Assembly: GCF_036321535.1 (NCBI RefSeq)
Contig: NC_087436.1
Coordinates: 10,230,001 to 10,294,000, forward strand
DNA length: 64,000 nt
Direction of reading: 5' to 3'
Origin: Camelus dromedarius
Lineage: Eukaryota
Shown: piece by piece, positions 38,731 through 52,399 of the stretch
How the letters are laid out: every line of letters starts with the position of its first letter
How positions within the stretch are numbered: the stretch's first letter is position 1
Made by a program: the position numbers and the translations under genes
The notes under the pieces: model-generated
Database searches by the model: none
Told to the model about the DNA's origin: nothing
What the model saw: the letters and a program-made list of their open reading frames with translations, nothing else

Positions 38731-39158
38731 GTGATGGTTAATTGTGTGTGTCAATTCACCTGGGCTAAGGGATACCCACATTTAACATCATCTCTGGATG
38801 TTTCTGTGAGTGTGTTTCCTGGCGAGATGAGCATTTGAATCTGTGGGTTTAGTAAAGTAGCCTGCTTTCCCCAATGGGGGTGGCCGCTATCCAATGGGTT
38901 GGGGACCTGCAGAGAACTAAAAGGTGGAGGAAGGAGGAATGGGCCACTATTGGCTTCCTGTCTGTTGACCTGGGATGTCAGTCCTCTCCTGACCATGGAC
39001 TGGGATTGACCCCTCAGCCCCCCAGGTTCTCAGCTTCCCACTTGGACTGGAATCACACCAGTCTCCTGGGTCTCCAGCTTGATGAGGCAGACTGTTCAGC
39101 CTCTGTAATCTCATGAGCCCATTTTCTTGGTTTTGTTTCTTTGCAGAACCATGACTAG
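38731..39158 (+). mobile_element. MLT2 (ERVL) solo LTR
   Basis: gtgatggttaatt..tgtgtcaa..tgggctaaggga ... gagatgagcatttgaatc ... gaaccatgacta. Confidence 0.85.
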
Positions 39159-40191
39159 CACCTGAGGGCCGGTTCTGAATACTTAGCAGTGATTTCAATG
39201 ATTTCCATTTCTTTAGACACGCTTTCATTTTTAGGGGGTGGGGGGAACAACTTTTTGGTTTTTCAAAATTAGCTTTTAGTTTATGTTTTGTTGTCATTTT
39301 GTTATAAAAGAAAGAAAATGGCCAGAGGGGAAACACGTGGAAGAAAATGATACATATTTTTTCTAAGTAGGCTGGGATGGAGACAGGACTGATGAAGAGA
39401 GAATGTGAGCGAGGAAATGACAATGTTGCTGCACAATGTTCCTTTTGTGCCTTCTTCAAGTTCAAATGTGCTCTTACTATATACTATATGGTGTTTTATA
39501 AGTGATACTATCTGTGTTTCTTCAAAACTTTTTTTTAATTACAAAATTTATGACATTTAGGTAAAGCCAGTATTTCTATATGCTCTTCCATATCATGTTT
39601 TTTACTCTTTTAACCATTTTACATAACATATTGTTTTCTCAGAAATGTCCTTCCACTGTATGTTCTCCACAAACAAGGAAGCAAATTTGGGAGCTTGGTT
39701 GACACGTTTTGATCTACAAGGAAGAGTTATCACCTAATAATGTTCTTCTTTTAACATTAAATAAAACCTAGGATTTTCTCCTTTACATTAAGGACTCATT
39801 AAAAAAAAAAACAAACTCATTCAGTTAATAAAAATATTTCCAAACTCCCGTTAAAGAAAATGTGTTTTTCTGGGTCAAAATATATGAAATCAAGACTAAG
39901 TAAATATTTATGTTCATATAGATCTTAGTTTCTAGATAATAGGCTTGATTGTTAATTAATGAGACCAATATTTAGAGATTGAATATATCACCCATTGTGT
40001 AGAATACTGCCTAAGAATAATACATCTATCAGTTTATTTGTATCATGAAAGTTGGTGAGTCAGTAATTTGAAGGCATATCTCCTGCATCCAAAGTTTTGA
40101 AGTTTAGTGCATGAAACGAGGCTAGTCATTTTTGCATCTCTTCTAGTTAGTCATGATGATTTCATTCACTTAGTCATTCTATAGTTTGTAA

Positions 40192-40412
40192 CAGGCATCA
40201 GCAAGCTATGGCTCATGGGCTAAATCCATCCTGCTGCTTGTTTTTGTAAATAACATTTTATTGGAAAATAAACATGCTCATTCAAAGACATATTGTCTGT
40301 GGCTGCTTTCACACCACCTGGCAGACTTAAGTAGTTGTGACACACTATGTGGCCTGCAAAGTTGAAAATATTTACTATCTGGCCCTTTATAGAAACAGTT
40401 TCCTGAACCCTG
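40192..40412. mobile_element. MER58A-like hAT-Charlie MITE
   Basis: caggcatcagcaagctatggc ... tgtttttgtaaataa..ttttattggaa ... aatatttactatctggccctttatagaaa ... accctg. Confidence 0.85.
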
Positions 40413-41553
40413 AGCTATAGTAAAGGTGAAAAATAATGGGGAAAAGCTCACATGGTCACCTTCAATGTCATTTAAAAAAATAATTAGTCTAAAATAATCT
40501 GCATGCCAGAGAGATACAATTTGGTACGGCAAATTTTGCCCCACTACACAAGCAAATACACTTGGAACAAAACCGCCTCTTTCCCTCCTCCCCCGTTATG
40601 GTCTGAAGCATTGCTACAGATACCACCTTTGGGAAAGAAACGTAATAAATAGCACAGGAAGCTCACTACAGCTTTTATTTTCCCCCAATGTGACAGTATT
40701 TTTGGCTTTTCTCAAATCATCATGGTTCTGGAAAGTAAACAGTGCTATTGAAGTTGAATGCAGAGTACAAGATCCAAGCCACATGTGATTCATTCTTCTA
40801 AAATATGCTGAACTTAACGTCATTTCTGGTAAATTACGTACCGGGTTCAGCACATTCCAGAGAACGAGTTTTTCTTTGAGCACAATATGCCCCGTTAGAC
40901 TGGATATTCCATTACGACGAATGGATTCTCTGCACTGAAATAGGCTACTGGCACCCTCATATTGACTTCCATCACACAGAAAGAACGCTTTCCTGGAGTG
41001 TTTTTGGAATTTAACTACTCTAAGCTTAATTTCCTTTGAACCCCCAGGAATGCCTCATGCAACAATGGAAGGGAAACGTATAGGCAGAGAGTTATGAATC
41101 AAAAGATACTGCCCCAAAGAAAAGGGTATTGGGGAAAACAGTTGATGACAATAAATGGGTTTCATTGTTTGTTTCCAAATCTCTTAGTCAGAGGGACTGA
41201 TCTGGTGACATTTTAAATAGTTGTTTGTTGTTGTTGTTGTTGTTAGGACTTAAATAGCTTCTGCAACAGAAAAGCCAGTTCTGGCCACTCTCCAGTATCT
41301 GGGGTTACATCTCTCTCAACACAAGAGCCTCAGAAGCAATTCATCAGCATTTAGCCTGATGTCCATCTTAAAGTACATGATGCTAAAAAAAAACCAAACC
41401 AAACCAAACCAAACCAACCCGAAACAATACAAAACAAAAAAGAACCTAAACCAAAACCAGAAACACAGCATTTTCCCCCAAACTCAGCTAGCTGAAACGC
41501 CCCTTATGATCCTCTGTGAAGTCCCTCCTTGTTTCTATCTGGGTGTGTCACTG

Positions 41554-42153
41554 TGTCGTGATACAGTTGCTTAATGGCTATACTCTGGAAAGAGTAGGAA
41601 GCTAACTAACACAGCGGCTTCCCTGATGCTAAAGCTGTTTGCTGACTCATTCTGACCTAAAATTCTTGCAACTTGTTTTTCTCTTTTCTCTGGCAAACCC
41701 CCATCTCTGCTTCACTTGATCAACTGCTTTCGTGCTAAACAGCCCCCAACCTTTCCATGAAACCCTCCACTTCCGAGACATTCTTCACCCAGAATAGCTT
41801 GTCCTTTAACCTAGCAGCTGTGCTCCGGGAAGGTGGTCATGGGCTGACAGCCTCAGAAGAATGAACAGACCCTCCAGGCTTTCTCCATGATGCCAGGTGG
41901 ACTCATTAAGATTAGGAAGAACACAGCACCCTGGAAAAATGCCTGGTTTGTTATTGCCTTTCTGTTCCACCCTTTTCCATAAAACCTCAGCACCCCAACC
42001 CCAAGAGGGATTCACAGCCTCTAAGGCATTAGCCACTGTGACTCCCCTTTGCCTGGCAAAGCAGTAAAGCTGTTCTTTTCTAATTTTCCCCAAAACTCTG
42101 CCTCCAAGTTTTAATTCAGCTATCGGGGTACAGAGGCCAGTTTTTCGGCAACA
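41554..42153 (+). mobile_element. ERV solo LTR
   Basis: cataaaa TATA-like box, agtaaa poly(A)-like signal, 3' end gaggccagtttttcggcaaca. 5' boundary approximate. Confidence 0.7.
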
Positions 42154-43204
42154 CTCTCCATCTCCAGAAAATAGAGAATATCTCTGTGACAATAAAGGCA
42201 AAATGAACAGATGAGCACGTACAATTCACTTGAGATGACGAGACCAAAGAATACACTTCAATTCACCTTTACAAGGATGTCTGTCCAGGAAGCCCACAGC
42301 CGGGAGGCCTTTAATAAAGAAAAGAAATGAACAGTTCTTGGTGGATCTTTGGGATGAAAGACATGATTGCTGACAAGGCCTGGGGAGGGATTAAAGTTCG
42401 CATGTTGGAGCGAAAAGAACGAGTGAGCGTAGGCGAGCCTATAAAGGCCATGGCATGTGATTTTTACAAATATCCTGGATTCTATTTTTTGAGGTCACTG
42501 AGAAGCATGAAGCTGGGTTGAAAAAAGTTGTGTTGCAATCTCTGAAATACCTACACATAATCAAGCATTTAAATCTCTAAAGCGTATCTGTTAAACTAAG
42601 AAATGAATACAAAAGGATAAAAAAGGGAAAACAAAGCCAACTTCTGAGTCTAATGTTAGAAAAAATATTTATACAACGGAAAAGATAACAGTATCCAGAA
42701 ATTAGGAGACTCTCTGGCAAAGGCTCTGAGGTCAGACAAGCTTGTGTTTGAATTTCTGCTCACCAACTCACTCATCCAGTGCCTCCAAAACCCCTTGAAA
42801 GTACCTGAATTTCACTGGATCTTGTTTCTTTTGTCTATAAAAGAGGGCTAACATTCCCACATTGTATGTGCTATAAAGCTTACATTAAATCAGGTGGGAA
42901 GCTGACCTGCTGTGTGAGTTCCCTTCTGCCTTAAACGTGTTGATGGAAATTGAATTCCACAGAGCTGTAACACAATGCCAATTAAAATCTTTTCATTCGC
43001 TTACTCATTTACTCAATCTGAAAACAGACGTGAAGTGAGCAGTTTCACAACGGGTAATCCCTTCTCCCCGCAGCACTTCTCACTCTGAGATTAATTCCTG
43101 TGTTCATTTGTCTTCTGGTCTAGAACATCCGTGAGACTATATTTTTTCTCAACTGTAATCCCAGAGCCCAGGACAATTGGGCATGTTGAAGTCATAGAAA
43201 GAGA

Positions 43205-43425
43205 AGCAAATACTTATGTCATGCTTATTAAATGCCAGGAGTTTAAAAATATTAATTTGATCTCTATAACAACCACATGAAACGGATGCTTCGGGGGTCC
43301 TATTTTATAAAAGAGACACTAAAGCAAAGAGAGGTGACAATTCCATCCAAAGCCACCCAGCATCAGAGCTGGGATTTGAACCCAGGAACTCTTGTTCCAG
43401 AGTCGATAATTTAATCACCACCTTA
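43205..43425 (-). mobile_element. MIR SINE
   Basis: atttgatctctataacaacc..atga ... attttata.aagagacactaaagcaaagagagg ... gagctgggatttgaacccagg. Confidence 0.8.
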
Positions 43426-43898
43426 AATGGCGTCAGTACATATTTGTTGAGTAAATGGATAAATGAATGAATGGCTGGTTTTTGGTGCCACTGGGAACCA
43501 GATGGGGCTGGTTCCTTGGAGTTAATTGCTCTGTTGTGAATTTCTGTTTGTTAGTTCATGTACCTATAAAATTTCCTCTCAGTGTACTCTACATGCTTGT
43601 TGAATTTTCTCTCAGTCCATTCAAATGCAATATGATCTGAAGGCTTAACTGCTTCTAAAACAGTCTTTCAACCAGTCTTAGACATTTCACTCCCCCCTTC
43701 ATCCCCACCTCCAAAGGATGGCCTTTTGGGAATTCCTTGCTGGAAATGGAGTGGTTTCTGAGCTTTTCCCTCTGCAAACTTAGCTTTCTTAACTCTGCTT
43801 CTTCAATTTCCACAGCTCTATCTGCTTTTCAAACACCTCAAGTTTTTAATGTTCTTTCCTATTTTTAACTGTTTTATGCTTTAAAAAAATTCCCTTAG

Positions 43899-44625
43899 CT
43901 TTATCCAGCTATCTGTTGATAGATATTTAGGTTGTTTCAATGTCTTGGCTATTGTAAACAGTGCTGCTATGAACATTGGGGTGCATGTAAGATGTGGTGT
44001 ATATATATACTGGAATATTATTCAGCCATAAAAAATGAAATAATGCCATTTGCAGCAACATGGATAGACCTAGAAATTATCATATTGAGTGAAGTAAGGC
44101 AGACAGAGAAAGACAAATATCATATGATATCACTTATATGTGGAATCTAAAAAAAGTGATACAAATTCTATTTACAAACCAAAAACAGACTCATGGACAT
44201 AGAAAACAAACTATGGTTACCAAAGGGGAAAGGGCGGGAAGGGATAAGTTAGGGGTTGAGGATTAACAGACACACATTACTATATATAAAATAGATAAAC
44301 AACAAGGACCTTATGTTGTGCTTATTACATGTCAGGAGTTTAAAAATATTAATTTGATCTTTATAACAACCACATGAAATGGATGCTCCAATAGTCCTAC
44401 TTTATATAAGAGACACTGAAGCAAAAAGAGGTGACATGTTCCATCTAAATTCCAGGGAATATTGTTCCATTTATAGCACAGGGAACTATATTCAATTTCT
44501 TGTAATAACATATAATGGAAAATAATCTGAAATGCAAAAATATATATGTATATATATGTGTATAACAATCACTTTGCTGTACACCTGAAACTAACATTGT
44601 AAATCAGCTACACTTCAATAAAAAA
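43899..44625 (+). mobile_element. 5'-inverted (twin-primed) L1 carrying an internal insertion
   Basis: 43899-43988 is antisense ORF2 end; sense from 43989 (aagatgtgg) to the poly-A at ~44620; interrupted at 44310-44471. Confidence 0.88.
44310..44449 (+). repeat. Direct local duplicate of 43213-43351 (MIR segment)
   Basis: Shares long identical runs (caggagtttaaaaatattaatttgatct; tataacaaccacatgaaa) with 43213-43351. Confidence 0.92.
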
Positions 44626-46165
44626 AATTTAAAATATTTTAAAATTTAAAAAGTTTTATTTTAGTGGCAGTCTAAAAAACGCAAAGGTGAGTGGTCAGGG
44701 TCTGCTATAGCATCTTCAACAGAAATTTTAGGTCTCATCTTTAAGTCCTTTCTCTTCACACAGCCTTCCACATCCAAGCAATCATCGAGTTCTACTGCCT
44801 TTTCCTCCTCCTATCTCAGTCTATTCACATTTCTCCAGTCCCTTTTTTTTTAAAAACTTAGTTCAAGGCCTTATTTCTTGGTCCAATGCCATCAGTGGTC
44901 TCCTAACTGGCTCTTCTTTCAGTGATGCTCCACTTTTTAGGCTAGAGAAAGTCATGCCTCTTCATCGTGGCTAAGCTGGCTTTATAACCTGGCCCCTGGG
45001 TATCTTCACAGCCTCCTCCCTCCCTCCCTACACTGTCTGATTTACTCTTTCTGAACTACTTGTAATCTCAGGATTGCTCTCTAGGAAGCCTTCTCTGATT
45101 CCCTTGGACTTTTTTAGTTGCCTCTCAGCTGCTCCCATAAACTCCTGAACTTCCTCCGACCACAGCCCTTTTCCACACCAAACTCACATCATCTCCCCTA
45201 ATTAAAACACCTCTATGTCTTCCTAATGTATTCAGAATAACATTCCAACTCTTTCCCATGGCTGAACAAGTCACACATGAGGCACCTTTTTGTGATGCCA
45301 TCTCCCACAATGTTCCCATTATTCACTCTGGTCCAGCCACACCCTCTTCCTCTCTGTTCCTTCAACACACTGACATGTGTGTAGCCCTGTAACACAGATG
45401 CAGCCCTTCCCAGCCACTGTCTGGGGATAGTTCTACCCACCCTGGGACCTGGAAGGGGATGTGTTTGCCTTTGATGAGTAAATCACTTTTATAGTGCATC
45501 CTTATGGACCAGATTCTAGTCCTATTCACTGTCTTTGAGGTTTTGTTACTGACCTGTAAACTGGTCTGGATCTTGAATTCTCATCTCCTCCAATATCTGT
45601 CTATGACTGTACAAGCTTATGCTTCCACTTTCCTCCCACTCTTCCGACTTGAAGCCATTGTGAACAAAAACTGCTCTTTTCCCAAAGCCTTGAATGGCAG
45701 AAGCTGGACAACTTTATACCAACTCCAGACAAACCATCACAACAGTTCATGTACGGACAACCATTGTATCTGCCTCTGTGTAGTACATTCAGAGGGTGTC
45801 CTGAACAACCCAATGGCATCACCAGAGAGATTCAAACTGCAAAAGCTGCTTTTAGCCCAACATCATAAAATCTTCTTGACAGGTCGTCCTCCAGACTCAG
45901 AAACTGGTTTCCAATCTTCTCTAATTGTAAAGTTGGTTTTGTCTCCTTGGAATTAACTCTTGTTAAATATCTGATTTCTAGTAGCTTACAGGCCTAACTT
46001 TGATAAGAGCCCATGTTCACCATCACCTCCTGAAATGAGACGCAAATGCTTCACTGAACTGACCTATTTTCAGAACTAAGAGGCTGGTTCGGTGAGATAT
46101 GGAGCAATCCACCAACTCAACTTCTGGACTAGGAAGCTTCTCAGGGAAGTTTCAAAGGCAGGAAC

Positions 46166-46607
46166 TGAAAGGCAGCAGAATATGCCACCCCCAAATATGC
46201 CACTTCAGCATAACAATTATTTTGAGCTGAAGGCAACTGAGCAGAAGTGGATATACAAGAGGAGCTCTGTGCCCTCCCCCTACTTGACTAAAAGCAGCTC
46301 ATAAACCTGTAAACCTTCCCTCCAGTGAGGGACAAAGGTTCATCCCAGATGCAACTTTGTACTTTTATCAATGGAGAAGGCACCCACTTCAATCTATGTT
46401 ACAGATCTTACTCTTGTTTACTGTGCTTTGTCTGGCAACCTCCCCATAACTGGCCTCCTCCACAGCCATTTTTTTCCTTTTGTCTTTAGCTAAAGATGAT
46501 ATTTAAGCCAGAGCTCTAAGCCACTGTTTTGAGTTACTCATTTTTCCTTGGGATCTCCCATACACACATGAGGTATATATGTTCACAAATTTCTGTTTGA
46601 TTTTCTT
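46166..46607 (+). mobile_element. MER39/MER34-like ERV1 LTR
   Basis: cagaatatgccacccccaaatatgccacttcagcataa..attattttgagctgaaggcaactgag. Confidence 0.75.
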
Positions 46608-47619
46608 AAAAAGAAAAAAAAAAACTATGGAATGAATATGGTGACCTAGGAATTGATTATAGGTGGAGGTGATGGAGGTGAGAGGTAAGGGTAAAATCCT
46701 GGGGCCCTCTGATGCTGAGTTCAGAAAGATGAAGAGGAACCACTAGAAGAGACACAGAAATGGTGACCACTTGGGTGGGAGGAAAGTCTGCTGAGAGGGG
46801 GCTTAGAAATCAAGTGGAAGGGGAAGGCTGTTTGAGGACAGAGAGATCCACTGTGCTGGATGTCCTAAGAAGACTGTAAGATAAACACTGAAAACTGGTG
46901 ATTTGCAATGTGGAAATCATCGTTGCCCTTGACAAGAGCAAGGCTATGGTAGTAGCCCTGACCAGAACATGTTCAAGAAAGAGCTGAAATATAGGAATGC
47001 AGTCACTAAAGAGAATCCTAAAAACAACAACAACAACAAAACAACAAAAAATCAGAAAAACCCCAGAAAACCACCAAGATGGGAAAAAAAGAAAAATTAG
47101 AAGCTGATGAATTTTGTGTGAAATGTTGAATTCCTGCCTTTCGAAGTAGATCAGAGATTATAAAACCTACTCAAGGACCCTTTAGACTCTCTCATTTTTA
47201 ATTATAAAATATTTTAGGTATACAAAATAGTATAGAGGCCATTATAATGGAATGCCTGTGTACCCCACACCTTTTTTGTCTGATCTTAAATTGGTGCTTC
47301 CCAACATTTTTCATGTGTTGATTTATGTATAATAGCAATAATATTTTCAGAAGGCAAGGGTATACAGAGGCAGTCCTTGAGCAGACTGGGTTACCTGGCT
47401 CAGGACTGCAGGGACCCAAGGAACTTCCTGACTGAGTGATTACCATGTTTAGACAGTGTGTCTAGCATCCACTTTGAGAAATGGCGGTTAGACAAAAGAT
47501 GCTGATTCCATTGTTTGTATCTTGCTTACATTGTAAATTTTGTTTGCTGGATTTAGCAAATACCAAGAGAGATGCATTAAACTTTTAAATGTAAATTTCT
47601 CTATTTATATTTCAAATCA

Positions 47620-49900
47620 TCATACTTTTCCTCCTTATATTTTTAACAGTTATTGGCACATACAAGTTTAGAATTAATATAACTTCAGGGTGACTCGTTC
47701 CCTCTCTTATACAGTGTTCCCCATCTCATAAAGTCATATTGTCTCATAGTAATATATCAGCCCCAACTTTCTTTTGCCATTTATTTTCCTATCATCTATT
47801 TTTCCTATTTACTTCCAATCATTCTGTGTCTTTGACTTTAGACATGTCTCTTGTAAACCCCAACAGCTTAATTTTGCTTTTTTTGAGTCAATTTTATAAT
47901 ATCTCTCATTAAATATCAAGTGTAGTTCATATATATTAATTGTGATTAGTTACATAGTGAATTTCTATTTATTTCTATTATCTTTTAATCTACTTTATAT
48001 TTACAACGCTTGGTTTTTCTTTTGCCTCTTTCTTCTTTTCTGCTTAATATCATATTAATTAAGTTTACTCTATTTCTATATCCCTTTTTCACCTCCCTCT
48101 ATATGAGTTTGGAAGTCACATATTCTATTTTTATTTTTTAAGTTTACTCTTAAATTTTTAACATGCATTCTCTGACCTCTTGCTAAATGTTTATCATCCC
48201 TTTTCATCTCACTAATTTTGGTTCCCCAATTCTTCCATTCCACCTTGTTGTTAAAAGCCCTTAAGTCAATCATTATTATTGTTATATTTCTTCAGCTCTA
48301 CGCATACATTTACTAATTTATTCAATTATCATTTCTTCTTGGGTCTTGTGGCATTTTGTACCAAATTTTCTTCTTGAATAAGTAAATTTCCTAGTTCTTT
48401 TTGCAAAGATCTGTAGTAAATTCCATCAGGGCTTCTCCTTTCTCTTGACAGATAATTTGGCCAAGTATATAATTCTAGACTGATAGGGTTTTCTTTTAAG
48501 TCTTTACATACTAATACTCCATTTGCTTCTGGATTGTATTCTTTTCCTGAAAAAAATATGGTATTAGTTTATTTGTTAACTGTCTTTGCTCTATTTTCCT
48601 CTTCCCTATTGTCTTTGGTGTTCTGCATTCACTACCTTCTGCAGTCTGGATTTTGCCTCGAGAGACATTGACCTTCCTAAATCTAAGGATTCATGATTTT
48701 CATGAATTTCGTAGTTAGTCTTCCCCACTTTTCTCACCTATCATTATGGAATTCCAAGTGTACATGTCACTTTTTGACTAATTCTTCCTCTGCAGATGAA
48801 CCATTTTCAGCTCACTGAGGTATTTCTTTTGGAATTTACCCTTGTATTGCTAAACAATATTTGTATTATGACTGACTTTGTTACTACTTTTTTTTTTTTT
48901 AATTTGGATGTTATTTACTGACTCCCTACTATGGAAATTAAGACATTTTGCTTTCTTACAATTCTCCCCTAATACATCCCCCATCCACATATCCTTTCTT
49001 CTTTCTATTCCCCTAATTGCATAATAACTTTGGCTATGCAAACCTTAAGTCACACACTACACTAACTTCCTGCTACCACTAGACACGATTCCCCTCATGT
49101 GTCTCCCACTTTGGAAGCCCCTTTTCCTGAATCTAAAGCCTTCACTTTTCCAGATTGTAGACTTTGTTTGCAAGGAATACAGATTTCAGTAGGCACCACA
49201 GAATGAGCTGTAAATTTTGAGACTTTCATTTCTGAAAATAATTTTATTCTATCTTGCCATTCAACAGATTGCTTGGCAGGACATAAAATTCTAGATTACA
49301 TGTAACATATTTTATTTCAAAATTTTGAAATAATTGCACCCCTTTTCCACTGAGAATCTGGTGTTATAATTGAAAAGTTAGAGGCCATTCTGATTCTCTG
49401 ATTCTTGATTCTTCAAACAAAAATCATTTATTTGGGGATGTGTAGGCTATTGTTGGGCACTCACTTGGTCCAGTAAACCTGGAAACACATGCTTTTCTGG
49501 TTGGGGATGTTTTCTTGAATTATTTTCTTGGTAATTTTAACTCACTTTTTTTTTTTCCATTCTCACAACCAGAGCTCTTATTATCTGGATATTGAAGCTC
49601 TCTTAAATATCTTTTCTATTTTATTTGTCTTTTTGTTGTGCTTTCTTGAACTTTTTCTCAAGACCTTCTTCCAAACTTTTAAATTACTTTTTATTTCTCC
49701 TCTCATATTTATAATATCCAAGCACTCTTTTCTACTCACTGATTCTTTCTTTTTGTTTAAAAAAAGTTACCTGTTTGGTGTCAAAGACACATCTTTTCTC
49801 TCTCTGGAGTAATGTATTTTAAAAGTTTCCTCCTGCTCTTGTCATTGGCTCTGTTTCTTTGATCCTTGGAAACTGGTTCATATTTGAGAATAAGTCACTA
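47620..49900 (-). mobile_element. Ancient L1M/L1ME remnant(s)
   Basis: T-rich degraded antisense L1-like sequence (gacatgtctcttgtaaa, gataatttggccaagtatataattctag, ggacataaaattctag). Confidence 0.55.
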
Positions 49901-51635
49901 AAAAGCTGGTTAGAAATTCTGTATGTGTATCTAGGGCCAGTTAACAGATGGTCTTCACTCTAGGGTGCTCAGCCTGAAGTGCTTTGGGAGGGAACTTCCT
50001 CAGCTCAGTATCTTCTGCTATTTTCTCTGCTCTCTCAGTTTCTTACCAAAAAAAAAAAAAAAAAAAAAAAAAAGAAAAGAAAAAAAAGAAAAGAAATCCT
50101 GCCAACTCCAGCCATAAGTCATATAGTTGAGGCCAGAATTCTGGACCAAGAGAGGAGAGAGGAGTGACCACTGAGGATGCCGACTTACACTTAAACCATT
50201 TCACATCAGTAACCTCACCCTGAGCTGAGCCTGTATTCCTAAGTCCAGAATCATTTTGTGTTCTGCCAAGGTTGGGAGGGGACAGTCGTCCAGACTCCCG
50301 GGGCCTGGGGAAGATCTACATGACTTTCTGTTTCTCATATGCATTTTCAACCCAGTTTCTTCTTATTCAGGCCATTCTAAACCCCATTTTCAAAGTTCCA
50401 GTCATTTCTAACTCCTGGAGTTCCATTGCATGAAACAGCTTTCTTCTTGCTTCTGAGCAACTGGCCAGATTTTAGTTTTCTTGGTTACACTTAGCAAGAC
50501 ACACACAGCTCTCCTGCCTGCTCAGTTACTCCTCGCTTTTCCAACTTCCAGTATTTCGTTGTGATTGTCTCCTTTCTCCTCCCCACATTACTTTGCCCCT
50601 TTCTGTTTATACGTTAAATAAAATATTTTGAGTATAATTTTAAAAAGTGAAGTTAAAAAAACACATGTAACCGTAGGTAACCAATCTTCCAGTTTGCTCT
50701 TGAGCTGTGTCTGATCTTGTGTTTAATCAGTTTTTAAGTTTTTAAAAAATACATTGACTTTATTCTTCCTGTTCAGCACTTCTAATATTTTTTCCAAACC
50801 CATTTTTTTCATGGTTTCATGGTATTTTCTTATTTGTGGATCCTTCTTTTGTACCTCTAATCATTGTAAATACACCAGTGGAAAAAAATTCCATTTGATT
50901 TGTTCAAGTACTTGGAGTTCTTGGGGACGTAATCCTGTCCTTCGCTGGTACGGCTTCTTCCTCAGGTGAGTGTTTCCTTGGGTCTTTTTAAAGTCTGACT
51001 GTGAGCCCACCTTCTGCAGGTTGTTGCCTGGGGAAACCTGTGCATCCTTCAGTGAGGGACACCCTTTCGGAGGGACTGGGTTTATTTGTCTGGGGTTAAC
51101 ACTGGCCTGGAACAAAAAAGTTTCTTAATTTAAGGGATCCTGGCTTATGCAGATAAAGACAAATTCGAGTCTCCAACTGGAAAGTACAACAGATCTGTGA
51201 TTAAATTTCTCAGAGAACTTTTTCTTTCTTGTTTACACAGAATTCAGGTCAGAAAAAAAGACAAGCTTCTCCCTTTTTCTCTCTCTGTGTGGCTGGCTGG
51301 ATTTTTTTTTTTTTCTTCTTCCTAGTAGATTCTCTCCCTGAGATGCATTTTAAAGAGGCCCCTCTTTTTAAAATGTTTGCCTTAGAGGGCCAATTGTTTT
51401 ATTTAAAGCAAATAAACGTAAGGACAATGGATTTTTTTTTATTAATCAATAGTTTAACATTTATGGCGACTTTCATTTCTCTGCAAAGATCTAAGGTTTT
51501 TTTGTGAATTATATTTCTTCTGCCTGTAGGACTTTCCTCAACATTTCCTGCAGCGTTGCTCCAGAGGTACTGGGTTTTCAAAGCTTTTGGTTTTTTTAAG
51601 AGTCATTATTTGGTGTTCTTTTTTTTTCTCTCACT

Positions 51636-51855
51636 TTTTTTTAAATTGAAGTATAGTCAGTTTACAATGTTGTGTCAATTTCTGGTGTACAACATAATGT
51701 TTCAGATATACATATATATGCATATTCCTTTTCCTATTCTTTCTCATTATAGGTTACTACCAGATATTGAATATCCCTGTGCTATACAGAAGAAACTTGT
51801 TTATCTATTTTATATAGAGCAATTAGTATCTGAAAATCTCAAACTGCCAATTTAA
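51636..51855 (-). mobile_element. L1 3' UTR fragment
   Basis: Poly-T, then aaattgaagtatagtcagtttacaatgttgtgtcaatttctggtgtac. Confidence 0.85.
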
Positions 51856-52399
51856 AAAAGAGCCCCCCCCACCCCGTTTTGTTTAAAAGGTAGGAGTGGA
51901 GGAGTTCAGCTCCACATCCCACATGGCTGTCACCTGTCTCCTTTCCTGAGCAGACGTGGACACCCTCTCGGTGGTCACAGGGACCAGCTCCCAGGGCAGC
52001 CACCTGTCAGCTCTCAGCCAGCCTCCTACTGGTTTCCTCTTCCTTTCTGATTCCTGGAGATTTCTCCTACCCTCTTGCTCACACAGCTAAGTATGGGTAA
52101 GGACATTTGCTATTATTCACCTAGTGTTCCTACGTTTTAATATTAAGAGTAGTCTCAGATCATCCTGTCTGCAGCATTGCTCGCCTCGAATCATCTGATT
52201 TTCATCTTTGCTGATAACGGATTTTGCAGGCAAGGAAGTGGAGGCTTGTGGAAGCACAATGACTAACGCAGGAGAGCACAGTCAGTGGCAGAACCAGGCT
52301 CGCCTCTCTCCCGGCCAGTCTTCCCTCAACACACTGTGTCCCCGGATCTCTTCTAAAGCCTCCTGATTTTAATATATACCAATTATATATATTATGGGT

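Noticed and set aside
45504..45956. 150-aa plus-strand ORF with ATG
   Set aside because: No recognisable homology or coding-like composition; cannot be supported without expression data.
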